Position numbers and translations under genes: made by a program
Part shown: piece after piece, positions 37,211 through 46,636 of the stretch
Layout of the letters: every line of letters begins with the position of its first letter
Numbering within the stretch: position 1 is the stretch's first letter
Notes under the pieces: model-generated
What the model saw: only the letters and a program-made list of their open reading frames with translations
The model's database searches: none
What the model was told of the DNA's origin: nothing
Assembly: GCA_040902925.1 (NCBI GenBank)
Contig: JBBDWJ010000014.1
Location: 1-53,844, forward strand
Length of the DNA: 53,844 nucleotides
Origin: Bryobacterales bacterium
GTDB lineage: Bacteria; Acidobacteriota; Terriglobia; Bryobacterales; UBA6623
Direction: 5' to 3'

Positions 37211-38353
37211 ATGGAAGGTAAACAGCGCGTTATCTCAAGGCGAACTCTCATGAAAGCCGCAACGGTCGTGCCGTTTGCAGCAGTCCGCGGCACGGCGGCC
37301 AATTCAGCGGTTAAGGTTGGCCTGCTTGGGGCCGGCGGCCGGGGCTCTCGTGTATCGAGCTTCGTAGTTACGGACAAGCGCGCGCGATTGGTGGCGCTGT
37401 GTGATCTTTTCGACGAACCGATCGCCAAGGCCAAGCAGCGGATTCCTGTCGAGAATCCGACGGTTTACAAAGACCTCAACGAGATGCTGGCCAGCGACAT
37501 TGATGCCGTCATCATCGCCACACCGGTGTTTCTCCATCCGGAGCATCTCGAAGCGGCGGTCAAGGCCGGCAAACACATCTACATAGAAAAACCAGCCGGC
37601 GTGGACGTCGCGGGCTGCAAGCGCGTGATGAAAGCAGCCGATTCGGCCAAACCCGGTATAAATATCACATTCGGATTCCAACAGCGCTATGGCACAACCT
37701 ACCGCAAAGCCAAGGCCGTTCTTGATTCCCCCTCCTTTGGGCCCATTCGCATGGCTCAGGCGCACTTTCTCAAAGGGCCGATTACCGGCGACGAGCCAAT
37801 GAGACCGAAGCCGCGGACCGAGATCGAAAAAATCAAGAACTGGAAGGACTGGCGGGAACTCTACGGGGACGTCGTCGTCGAGACTTACTGTCATTCGATC
37901 GACGCTCTGAACTGGTTCTTGGGCGATAAACATCCGTCAAAAGCCGTTGGCAGCGGTGGCCGCACGATCGTGAAAGCGGGCGACATGATGGATCACTGCA
38001 CCGTTGTATTCGACTACGAGAACAATGTCCAGGCCACGCTCATCGGGACCCAGATTGCGCCGCCCTTCTTCCGCGAAGTCTTTGAGCGCATTTATGGAGC
38101 GAATGAGGCGGTCGAGATGGCGCGTGAATACTGGAAGCACTACCGGTCCAAAGATGACGTGCTCCACGAGCCCGCGCCGCGTCCGATTGACCAGGATTCC
38201 GTGGAAGCTTTTGTTACGCGTGTGCTGGAAGGCAAGACGGAGAATGTCGGCGTCCGGGGCGCGGAAAGTACCTTGACGGCGATTATGGGCCGCATGGCGA
38301 TCGACCAGCGCCGCGAGGTGACCTGGGAAGAGATGATGAGATCGGGTGCTTGA
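37211..38353 (+). CDS. Tat-exported Gfo/Idh/MocA family oxidoreductase
   Basis: SRRTLMK leader, GLLGAGGRG, IIATP..LH, KHIYIEKP, GFQQRY, CHSID. Confidence 0.92.
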   Translation: MEGKQRVISRRTLMKAATVVPFAAVRGTAANSAVKVGLLGAGGRGSRVSSFVVTDKRARLVALCDLFDEPIAKAKQRIPVENPTVYKDLNEMLASDIDAVIIATPVFLHPEHLEAAVKAGKHIYIEKPAGVDVAGCKRVMKAADSAKPGINITFGFQQRYGTTYRKAKAVLDSPSFGPIRMAQAHFLKGPITGDEPMRPKPRTEIEKIKNWKDWRELYGDVVVETYCHSIDALNWFLGDKHPSKAVGSGGRTIVKAGDMMDHCTVVFDYENNVQATLIGTQIAPPFFREVFERIYGANEAVEMAREYWKHYRSKDDVLHEPAPRPIDQDSVEAFVTRVLEGKTENVGVRGAESTLTAIMGRMAIDQRREVTWEEMMRSGA

Positions 38354-38361
38354 GTAAGTCC

Positions 38362-39015
38362 ATGAAAAAAACACTGCCTCTTTTGCTGTTTGCGCTCGCG
38401 TTGGCGTTCGGTGCTGACAGTGCATCGAACCGCCTTACCCCGGAAGAGAAGGCGGAAGGGTATGTCCTGCTCTTCAACGGGAAAGACCTGAGCGGGTGGA
38501 CGGGCGAACCGGCGTTGTGGTCGGTCAGCGGAGACGCCATCGTGGGGTCGAGCGACGGGAAAAAGATTGACCACAATACTTTTCTCTATACCGAGAAGTC
38601 CTATTCCGACTTTGTTCTCAAAGCGGAAATCCGGCTGCGCAACGGGAACTCAGGAATCCATTTTCGCAGCAAGGCGTTTCCAGATTGGGTAGTGAAGGGC
38701 TACCAGGCCGACGCCTCTTATGCCGGCGAACGCTCGGCATGGGGCAACTTCTATGAGGAGAAGGGACGCGGCCGCAACGTCATGAAAACGACTGACGAGG
38801 GCTGGCTGAAGGCAAAGGATATTCTCCGAGAGGGCGACTGGAACGACTACGAGATTCTAGCGCAGGGGTCCCGTATACGTCTAACCTTTAATGGTCGTGT
38901 CACGATTGATACCGAAGACACCGAGTCCCCGAGTGGCATCATTGGTTTTCAGTTGCACACTGGCGACCCAATGAAAGTCGAGTTTCGGAACATCAAACTG
39001 AAACCGCTAAGATAG
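38362..39015 (+). CDS. DUF1080 (3-keto-disaccharide hydrolase-like) secreted protein
   Basis: LLFNGKDLSGW, GNSGIHFR, GDWNDYEI, GIIGFQLH, VEFRNIK. Confidence 0.9.
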   Translation: MKKTLPLLLFALALAFGADSASNRLTPEEKAEGYVLLFNGKDLSGWTGEPALWSVSGDAIVGSSDGKKIDHNTFLYTEKSYSDFVLKAEIRLRNGNSGIHFRSKAFPDWVVKGYQADASYAGERSAWGNFYEEKGRGRNVMKTTDEGWLKAKDILREGDWNDYEILAQGSRIRLTFNGRVTIDTEDTESPSGIIGFQLHTGDPMKVEFRNIKLKPLR

Positions 39016-39094
39016 CCCTCGCCAGGCGCTCTCCCACTGGGATTTGCCGGATGATGAGTCGGGAAAGAAGACGGGTGCTGTATTGCTACGGTTC

Positions 39095-40531
39095 ATGAAG
39101 CCTTTGGGGATATCGGTCTTAGTCAGCGTCATCGCCAGTTTGGCCGCCGACTTCGCCCGTGGTGACTGGTCCCGCTTTCGCGGGGATAATGGCAGTGGAG
39201 TTTCCGATGCCACGGGTTTGCCGCTGATATTCGGTCCTGACCAAAACCTGATTTGGAAAGTGCCTCTGCCGCCCGGCCATTCGTCACCAGTGATCGCGGG
39301 TGACCGGCTTTTTTTGACAGCCAATACCGAGGACACCCTCTTTACCTATTGCCTGGAGATCGAGAGTGGCAAGATCTTATGGCGCCGCGAGGCTCCCCGT
39401 CCGCGGAAGGAACCGTTTCACGAGATGCACGGTCCTGCTTCGCCTAGCCCCGTCACCGACGGCAGTAACGTTTATGTGTTTTTTGGAGATTTTGGACTTC
39501 TCTCTTATGGGCCTGACGGCAATGAGCGCTGGCGGCTTCCTCTGGGTCCCTTCAAGACCCCCAATGGCCACGGCACGTCTCCCATTCTTGTGGAGGGGCT
39601 GCTCATTCTGCTCAACGACCAGGACACGGCTGCCTGTCTACTTGCGATCGACACGGATAGCGGATCCATTGTGTGGAGAGCGGAGCGGCCCGAAGCGGCT
39701 CACGGGTATTCGACGCCAACGGTGTATCGCCCACAGGGCGGGCCCGCGCAGATTGTCGTGGCGGGTTCATACCAACTGACCTCCTATTCCATCGAGAAGG
39801 GTGAAAAGTTGTGGTGGGTGCGAGGACTCACATGGCAGCTCAAGCCGTCACCGGTAGTCGAGCGTGACACCATTTTCGTAACCGGATGGGCTCCGGGCGC
39901 CGATGATATCGAGCGCCTTTCGCTTCCCGCGTTCCAGGAAGCGATTGCGGCGGGAGACGCCGATCAAGATAAGAAGATCTCTGAGCCGGAGGCCATTGAT
40001 CATAACTGGAGACACAAGGGCGGCTGGGGGCTCGTGGATATGGACGGCGACGGTTCGCTAGACGAAAGAGAATGGAACTTCCTGAAGGCGAGGCTCTCCG
40101 CCCATAACGTTACGATGGCGATCCAGCCGGGGAGTAGCCGGGGCGACCTTACCCAATCGGCGATCTCATGGACGTATACCCGAGCGGTTCCCGTGGTGTC
40201 TTCCCCTCTTTACTATCAGGGGATCCTTTACACGATCAAAGACGGTGGAATCCTCACGTCATTTAACGCGCAGACAGGAGAAATGCTCAAACAAGGGCGG
40301 CTCTCCGGGGCCATCGAAAAATACTTGGCGTCGCCGGTGGCTGGTGACAACAAGATCTATATCGCCAGCGAGACTGGCAAGATTGTGGTTATCTCGCCGG
40401 GTGCACAGTGGGAGGTGCTGCAAATCAATGATCTCGGGGCGTCCGTTTACGCCACGCCAGCCATAGGAGACAGGCGCCTTTTTGTGCGAACCGTGGATGC
40501 CTTATTCGCCTTCGGTTCGTCGAGCGATTGA
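39095..40531 (+). CDS. PQQ-like (BamB-type) beta-propeller protein with an inserted EF-hand pair
   Basis: DWSRFRG.NGSG, GHSSPV, repeated SP motifs. EF-hand-like loops DADQDKKISEPE and DMDGDGSLDERE. Confidence 0.85.
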   Translation: MKPLGISVLVSVIASLAADFARGDWSRFRGDNGSGVSDATGLPLIFGPDQNLIWKVPLPPGHSSPVIAGDRLFLTANTEDTLFTYCLEIESGKILWRREAPRPRKEPFHEMHGPASPSPVTDGSNVYVFFGDFGLLSYGPDGNERWRLPLGPFKTPNGHGTSPILVEGLLILLNDQDTAACLLAIDTDSGSIVWRAERPEAAHGYSTPTVYRPQGGPAQIVVAGSYQLTSYSIEKGEKLWWVRGLTWQLKPSPVVERDTIFVTGWAPGADDIERLSLPAFQEAIAAGDADQDKKISEPEAIDHNWRHKGGWGLVDMDGDGSLDEREWNFLKARLSAHNVTMAIQPGSSRGDLTQSAISWTYTRAVPVVSSPLYYQGILYTIKDGGILTSFNAQTGEMLKQGRLSGAIEKYLASPVAGDNKIYIASETGKIVVISPGAQWEVLQINDLGASVYATPAIGDRRLFVRTVDALFAFGSSSD

Positions 40532-40654
40532 GGCGCTTCGCAAACCAGCCGCTGCAAAAGAGGCCGCCGGATGACAGAAATTCCTCCCGATTACCCTGGC
40601 ATATTGGAACGTAAGGGGGACGCGAACGTTCCCAATCATGAGGAGTCTACTTCA

Positions 40655-41020
40655 TTGTCCAACTACATGATTACTCAACTCGACACGATTGAACCCGTCC
40701 CGTGCCCATGCGGATTCGCGCGACGCGCCTTTGGAGGCGACGCGGTAGCGAGCCTGCACCTGGTGGAAATTTCCGTGGACTCAAAGGCCCACTACCACAA
40801 GAAATTGACGGAAATGTATCTTGTCCTCGAAGGCAACGGCCACATAGAACTTGACGGGAAACTGTTTCCGGTCAAGCCCATGACCGCAATCTTGATCAAG
40901 CCGGGCTGCCGTCACCGGGCCATCGGCAAGCTTCGCATTGTGAACGTTCCCGTACCAGCCTTCGACGCTACCGACGAGTGGTTCGACGACGAAGATGCGG
41001 CTGACTCGGGATCAGTATGA
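40655..41020 (+). CDS. Cupin domain protein (CPCG N-terminal motif)
   Basis: HYHKKLTEMY.VLEG.G, IKPGCRHRA. AGGAG RBS before TTG 40655 (start uncertain). Confidence 0.82.
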   Translation: MSNYMITQLDTIEPVPCPCGFARRAFGGDAVASLHLVEISVDSKAHYHKKLTEMYLVLEGNGHIELDGKLFPVKPMTAILIKPGCRHRAIGKLRIVNVPVPAFDATDEWFDDEDAADSGSV

Positions 41021-41091
41021 CGGGAATCGCGTGTTCGCCGCCCTTGCAAGCGATCATCGCTGTGGTGCGGACAAGAGAGGCAACATCGCAC

Positions 41092-42108
41092 ATGTCGAAC
41101 CTTGAGGTCGGGGGAGAGACAAAATCGGGACGAGCACCAGCCGCTATTGTCTTACTGTTTTTGGGCCTGTCGTTGCTCGCCGGATGTCAGAAACAAGAGT
41201 CTCAGAAGCACGATTCGCATGCGGAGGGCTTCAACGGCCGCTGGAACATTGACGTGACGAACCAAGAGCGGCACAGCCCGTTCTGGATGGAAGTCAAAGG
41301 AGCGGGCACCGATTCTTTTGAGGGGAGGCTCATCGGAGCAACCGGAGGCCGGGCCAGCGCATTTGTTGACCCCGAGATTCAGGACGGCGAATTGCGTTTC
41401 GTCGTTTCCAGGACGTACGCGAACAACCGCGAAGTGCGGGCGAAAACAATAGCGCGACTGATAGACGATCGTCTTGTAGGCGCTACCTGGATTGGCGACG
41501 AGAAGCTTGAGTGGGAGGGCCGCAGACCACCCCTGATCGAGGACCGGGACGACGGGAACTGGTGTGACGGGGCCACGGACGTTCTTTTTAGCGCCGGCGG
41601 CCTGTCCAACTGGCATACGCTCGATTCAGACAGGGATGCGGGCTGGACTATTGACGGCGGCGTCTTGAAAAACGGCGCCGGCCGGGGTGCGCTACTCGTC
41701 TCCAATAAGGAATTTTGGAATTTTCGTTTACAGGTCGAGTATCGAATCCTGCCGGAGAGTAATAGTGGAATCGGCCTCCGAGGCCGCTACGAGGTTCAGA
41801 TTCTCGATGATCATGGTCAGCCGCCCGACGTGCATGGAAATGGCGCCATCTACAGTCTGCTGCGGCCAAAGGTCAACGCCAGCAAACCGGCGGGCGAGTG
41901 GCAGAATTTTGACATTACTTTGATCGGGCGTGATATAGCCATCCTGCTCAACGGCCAAAAGATATTGGACAAGGCTGCCATCGAAGGCCTGTCGACAATC
42001 GGCTCTGATTCCCGCGAAGAAGAGCCGGGTCCCATTCTTCTTCAAGGCGACCACGGTCCTGTCGAATTTCGAAAGATCGCGGTCACATCATTGGCTCGAT
42101 GCCAATGA
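41092..42108 (+). CDS. DUF1080 domain lipoprotein with an N-terminal extra domain
   Basis: LLAGC lipobox, NSGIGLRGRYEVQI, GEWQNFDITL, GPILLQGDHGPVEFRKI. Start uncertain (41017 or 41092). Confidence 0.88.
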   Translation: MSNLEVGGETKSGRAPAAIVLLFLGLSLLAGCQKQESQKHDSHAEGFNGRWNIDVTNQERHSPFWMEVKGAGTDSFEGRLIGATGGRASAFVDPEIQDGELRFVVSRTYANNREVRAKTIARLIDDRLVGATWIGDEKLEWEGRRPPLIEDRDDGNWCDGATDVLFSAGGLSNWHTLDSDRDAGWTIDGGVLKNGAGRGALLVSNKEFWNFRLQVEYRILPESNSGIGLRGRYEVQILDDHGQPPDVHGNGAIYSLLRPKVNASKPAGEWQNFDITLIGRDIAILLNGQKILDKAAIEGLSTIGSDSREEEPGPILLQGDHGPVEFRKIAVTSLARCQ

Positions 42109-42127
42109 GGCCAACAGCTCTCGCGCG

Positions 42128-45100
42128 CTAAGCAGCGATGGGATCCTCGACCGGTTCCACAACCATGGAGCGCGGCACCCTCTCGTGGAGAAGCAGTTCG
42201 ATCGCGGCAACGCTTGGTTCGGCATGAAACCAGCGGACAAAAGCGCTGCCGTGTAACGCATTGCAAATCGCCAGCAGACTCATACCTTGATGGTGCGCCA
42301 TCCACGTGCGCACGGGACGGCCGCTGGCAAGGGGGCCGTCGAACTCCACGGAGTCGTAGAATCCATAGGTGCTGTTCCAGCCGCTCTCCTGCATGAGCCT
42401 GAGGTTCGCCACCGACGCTGCCGGTTCCGCGGAAAGGGCGAGAAACGACGCGTAGGGAGCCGCGGTCCATGCGGCGCTACCTTCAACCGCGCGGGATTCA
42501 CGCAGCGCCAAGCCAGGCAATCCGAACGCGTTGTATTGGTAGAAGCCCCGTTCGTCACGAAGGCTATAGGCGGCTTCGGACACCCCCCAAGGCGTGCCTC
42601 GTTCGTGAGCCGCTTTGCGCTGCGCGTTCACCGCTGCCAAAGCGCTTTTGTCCAGAATAGTATTCGCGAAGGACCGCATCCACAACAGGGGCATCAGATA
42701 TTCAAACAACGTGCCCGTCCAGGATACAAGCACCGATTCGTTTTGATAGAGGACGTGTCCGCGCCCCAGCCGGAACCAACTCTCCTGAGGGACATCGCCC
42801 TTGGCCACGGCCACAAGTGCGGCCATGCGCGCCTCCGAGGCCAGCAGGTCGTAGCAGCTTCGGGCCAGTTGCCGCGTCTCCACGTTGTAGCCGACCGTGA
42901 GTAGTTTTCGCTCCCGATCGAAGAGCAGCCCGAAATCCATCTCTCTAACGAACTGATCGGCGTCAGCCGCCAAGCGGTTGGCATCCTCCACGAGGGCGCT
43001 CACGGCACTGCCTGAAGCAAGCACGGAGTTCACCAGCTCGCGCGACGCTCCGCGTTTTTGGGCCAGCGCGGCGAAAGACTCTGCAAACGCCGGAATGCGA
43101 TCCAAAGGCATATCCACGAACCCTGCCGGAAGCTCCAGGCTGGCAGCGCGAAGTTCGGCCTGAAATTCGGGCGCCAGCCATGGCGCCATAGCGCGAGCGG
43201 CCTCGCGCACGGCTCGGGCGCGCTTTATGATTTCGCGAGTCCAATAAATAGTCTCCGGACGCTCACGCCCCCCGGCGAGGCGGACTTCCAGGCCTGCCAG
43301 GATTTCCATCACCCTGCCCAACGCGGCCATCCGGCTCTCGGGAAGCCGATGCCACTCCCCGGCCATCTGCTGAAGTTCGGCGATTCGCTCCCCTTCGGGC
43401 GCCTCCACTTCTTCGAGCGTTGCGCTTTCCTGCAGCAATCGGATGTGGTCTTCGATCCCGCGCCACACACTCGAGACGATTGCTGACCGCTTTGTAAACT
43501 CGAGAAGGCCCTGCTTGAGCGCCCACAGACAACCGGCCAAGTTGCCATTGTCGACGGTGGAGATAAAGAACGGCGGCAGCGGCGCCAGCGTTTGCGAATC
43601 GTACCAGTTGAGCAGATGCCCGTGGTAACGCTGCAATCGCTGCATGGTGGTCATCGTCGCGGCGATGCCCCGCAGCGCTTCGGGTAGCGTGGAATACCCC
43701 ATCTCCAGCGCGGCCAATCGAGCGTTCAAGATGAGACCGAGATTTGTCGGCGATACTTTGTGCCCAACCAGCGCAGGGTCTTCCTGCACGCTGTCGGGCG
43801 ACAGCCAGTTCTCCGACGGTCCGGAGTTGTCCTGGAAGAAGCGCCACGTGCGCAGGGCCGCGTCGCGGAGAAATGCCGAATCCTGCTTCACCGGCGAGCG
43901 CCGCGCGCCGGCGGGCTGGCCGTTCAGCCATTCGCACATGGGTTTCAGCAAACCCCACAGCAAAAGCACGGGGCCGGCCACCATCAGCGCCTCGGGCCGC
44001 GCCACGGCCAAAAGCACCGCGATGGCCACCGCCACCCAGATGTTCGCATCCAGGTAGCGGTCCACCGGAGTGCGTTTGCGGGCGCCCACCTCGGCTTCGG
44101 CGGCCGTCTCCCACTCCAGCATTTTCTGGCGGGTTACGAACATGCGGCGCATGGTTCGAGAAATTGCATCCAGCAGGACCAGCGTCTGGTGCGGCAGGAA
44201 CGCCAGAAAAAAGAAGACGTGCAACTGATTCGTGACGAAACCTTCGGCCGTGTCGCGCCATAGAGTTGTTCTCTTGCGCGCGAACGGTGTCTTGAGCGCG
44301 GCCACGGCCAGCTCAAAGTATCCGGGCAACAGCAACAAGACCAGCACGGCTACGGTCCAAAACAAAGGACTACCCGGCAGAAACAGCCAACCACACAACA
44401 GCAATACGAAAATCGACGGGTCGAACAGGCTGCGCCGCAGGTTGTCGAAAATTTTCCACCTCGAAATCGTGGAAAGCGGATTCGCGATCAGCCGGCAATC
44501 GATATCGGGAACCTTAGGCAAGGTCCAGCGCATGATCTGCCAGTCCCCGCGAATCCAGCGATGCTTGCGGCGATTGTATGCGCTGAAGTGGGAGGGATAG
44601 TCGTCAATCAACTCGATATCGGAAACCAGGCCCGACCGTGCGTAACTGCCTTCGATGAGGTCGTGACTCAATAGCGCGTTCGTGGGGAACCGCTGGCCCA
44701 GCACCGTCTCGAACGTTTCCAGCTCGTAGGCGCCCTTGCCGGTAAAGCTACCCTCTCCGAAAAGGTCCTGGTAGGTCTCCGATACCGCGCGAGTGTAGAT
44801 GTCGAATCCCGTCTCGCCTGAAAAAATTGCCGCCAGGCGCGACCGCGTCGCCGAATGTACGCTGATGCCAACTCTCGGCTGGATGATCCCGTAGCCCTCC
44901 GTGACCGTGTTCGTGCGTGGATCGACAACCGGGCGGTTGAGCGGATGGGCAAGCGTTCCGATCAAGCGGTTCGCCGCGTCTTTGGGTAACTGCGTGTCGG
45001 AGTCGAGCGTGATCACGTAGCGAATCCGCCGCAGCCAGTCCATATCACCCGCCTTTACGGGGAACGGATCGGCCGTGCCGAGCAAAAACCGATTCAGCTC

Positions 45101-46621
45101 GATCAGCTTTCCGCGTTTGCGCTCCCAACCCATCCAAACCTGTTCGGAAGGATTGTACTGCCGAGCGCGGTGGAACAGGTAAAAACCGCCCTGGCCATCG
45201 CGCGCGTAGCGTTGATTCAGGCCCTCGATGCTAGCCACGCAAAGTTGCGCCAGCGAATCTTTTTCATCGAACTGCCGGGCCGCGTCGGGAGTATCGGTGA
45301 CCAGGCCGAACGCAAGGTTTGCTTGCCGGTTCGCGAGATAGCGTATCTCCAACTGTTCGACCATGTCCTCGACCTGCTTCTCATTGAGAAGCAGAGTCGG
45401 CACCACAACCAGCGTCGCGCACTCCGTCGGAATGCACTCGCTGAAGTCCATCTTAGGAAGCACTCGCGGCGCAAACAACGTCGTCACCAGCCGGTTCACG
45501 ATGCCCAGTGCGGCCTCGGTGGCTGGCAGCAGCAGCATCAACGCCGTGAGCCACAGCGGTTCCAGATTCGTCCCGCCACTGATGACCAGCAGAATCACCG
45601 CGATCGTCGTCAGTTCGATCGATCCGAGGTACCAGCCGGCCGGGCTCCTGAGAACCAATTGCCGAAGGCGGCTGCTCAGGGGCAGGCGGCAACCCAGTTC
45701 GCGCTGCAGTTGTGCGATTCCATCGTCAATCAGGTAATAGCCAACGTGGCTGCGGCGTTCGGTTGCACGCGGATCGGGCAGGGGATTCGCCTTGGCTTCC
45801 GCAGCCAGCGCCACCGCTTTCTCGGCGACGTTGGTCTCATGCCACTTCGAGCATCGCGCAAGGTCCGCGGCGGCGGAGCGGTAGCGGTCGCGCGTCGCGA
45901 AATCCATCCCCGCATAGGCGTTGCCGGGATCGAGCCGCAGAATCCGCTCGGTCTCGCTCAACGCTTCGACGTGCGATTTCCAGTCGGCCTGGTCGATCTC
46001 GCGGAGACTCGACACACAATTGCGAACCTGTTCCGGCGATGGCTCGACCGCCTCTGCGGCCTCTTCCCGGCCGCGGGCGGTGAGGCCCGCCAGACGTTCC
46101 AGGATTACGAACTGCAGCGCGGGTTTGAGCGCCCAAAGCTCGGAGGTTGTCCACGGACACTCCTGCTGGGCGGCGCTAAAGTATATAGTCAGCGATTGTT
46201 TGTCGACGACAAACGATACCGCCTCCAAGAAGGAACTGGCGGCGTCAATGCAGATCAGGTCGGTATCCGAGCCCCGCTTTCTTGCCTTTCGAGACTCCTT
46301 GAAGCCTCGTGACAGGTCCTTGGCCACGGCCCTCAGCAGACGGCCGTTTTCCAGTATCCACAACTGGGATTGATCCAGTTCTTGCTCGGCATGAGCCCGC
46401 GCGCGGATTTCTTGCAGCGTCTGATCCAGCACTTCCTTGGTGCGCCGCATGCGCTGGACAAGAACGCCGAAATCGGAGTTCTTCCAATGCGAGCGATCAC
46501 GCAACGCATGTTCGCGCGCTTGTGCGGGCGAAATCGCCGGCGGGGCCGGGGGCGCCGAGGGCAGAGGTTCGCCGGCGTGTACACGAGCGGGCTGAGTAGC
46601 CGAATCCATTTTTTCGATCAC
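42128..46621 (-). CDS. ndvB: Cyclic beta-1,2-glucan synthase (GT84 + glucoamylase-like cyclisation domain), lacking the C-terminal GH94 domain
   Basis: WMGWERKRGKL, LDSDT, HDLIEG, RRKHRWIRGDWQ, SPTNLG, YDLLASEAR, SW.GT.FEYLMP, WGVSE, MAHHQGMSL. 1497 aa, ending just after the cyclisation domain. Confidence 0.9.
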   Translation of the reverse strand: MIEKMDSATQPARVHAGEPLPSAPPAPPAISPAQAREHALRDRSHWKNSDFGVLVQRMRRTKEVLDQTLQEIRARAHAEQELDQSQLWILENGRLLRAVAKDLSRGFKESRKARKRGSDTDLICIDAASSFLEAVSFVVDKQSLTIYFSAAQQECPWTTSELWALKPALQFVILERLAGLTARGREEAAEAVEPSPEQVRNCVSSLREIDQADWKSHVEALSETERILRLDPGNAYAGMDFATRDRYRSAAADLARCSKWHETNVAEKAVALAAEAKANPLPDPRATERRSHVGYYLIDDGIAQLQRELGCRLPLSSRLRQLVLRSPAGWYLGSIELTTIAVILLVISGGTNLEPLWLTALMLLLPATEAALGIVNRLVTTLFAPRVLPKMDFSECIPTECATLVVVPTLLLNEKQVEDMVEQLEIRYLANRQANLAFGLVTDTPDAARQFDEKDSLAQLCVASIEGLNQRYARDGQGGFYLFHRARQYNPSEQVWMGWERKRGKLIELNRFLLGTADPFPVKAGDMDWLRRIRYVITLDSDTQLPKDAANRLIGTLAHPLNRPVVDPRTNTVTEGYGIIQPRVGISVHSATRSRLAAIFSGETGFDIYTRAVSETYQDLFGEGSFTGKGAYELETFETVLGQRFPTNALLSHDLIEGSYARSGLVSDIELIDDYPSHFSAYNRRKHRWIRGDWQIMRWTLPKVPDIDCRLIANPLSTISRWKIFDNLRRSLFDPSIFVLLLCGWLFLPGSPLFWTVAVLVLLLLPGYFELAVAALKTPFARKRTTLWRDTAEGFVTNQLHVFFFLAFLPHQTLVLLDAISRTMRRMFVTRQKMLEWETAAEAEVGARKRTPVDRYLDANIWVAVAIAVLLAVARPEALMVAGPVLLLWGLLKPMCEWLNGQPAGARRSPVKQDSAFLRDAALRTWRFFQDNSGPSENWLSPDSVQEDPALVGHKVSPTNLGLILNARLAALEMGYSTLPEALRGIAATMTTMQRLQRYHGHLLNWYDSQTLAPLPPFFISTVDNGNLAGCLWALKQGLLEFTKRSAIVSSVWRGIEDHIRLLQESATLEEVEAPEGERIAELQQMAGEWHRLPESRMAALGRVMEILAGLEVRLAGGRERPETIYWTREIIKRARAVREAARAMAPWLAPEFQAELRAASLELPAGFVDMPLDRIPAFAESFAALAQKRGASRELVNSVLASGSAVSALVEDANRLAADADQFVREMDFGLLFDRERKLLTVGYNVETRQLARSCYDLLASEARMAALVAVAKGDVPQESWFRLGRGHVLYQNESVLVSWTGTLFEYLMPLLWMRSFANTILDKSALAAVNAQRKAAHERGTPWGVSEAAYSLRDERGFYQYNAFGLPGLALRESRAVEGSAAWTAAPYASFLALSAEPAASVANLRLMQESGWNSTYGFYDSVEFDGPLASGRPVRTWMAHHQGMSLLAICNALHGSAFVRWFHAEPSVAAIELLLHERVPRSMVVEPVEDPIAA

Positions 46622-46636
46622 CTTGGTGGCGCTCGC

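Noticed and set aside
39095-40531. Lanmodulin-like lanthanide EF-hands, or a true BamB ortholog
   Set aside because: The EF loops lack the position-2 Pro typical of lanmodulin; there is no lipobox or bam gene context.
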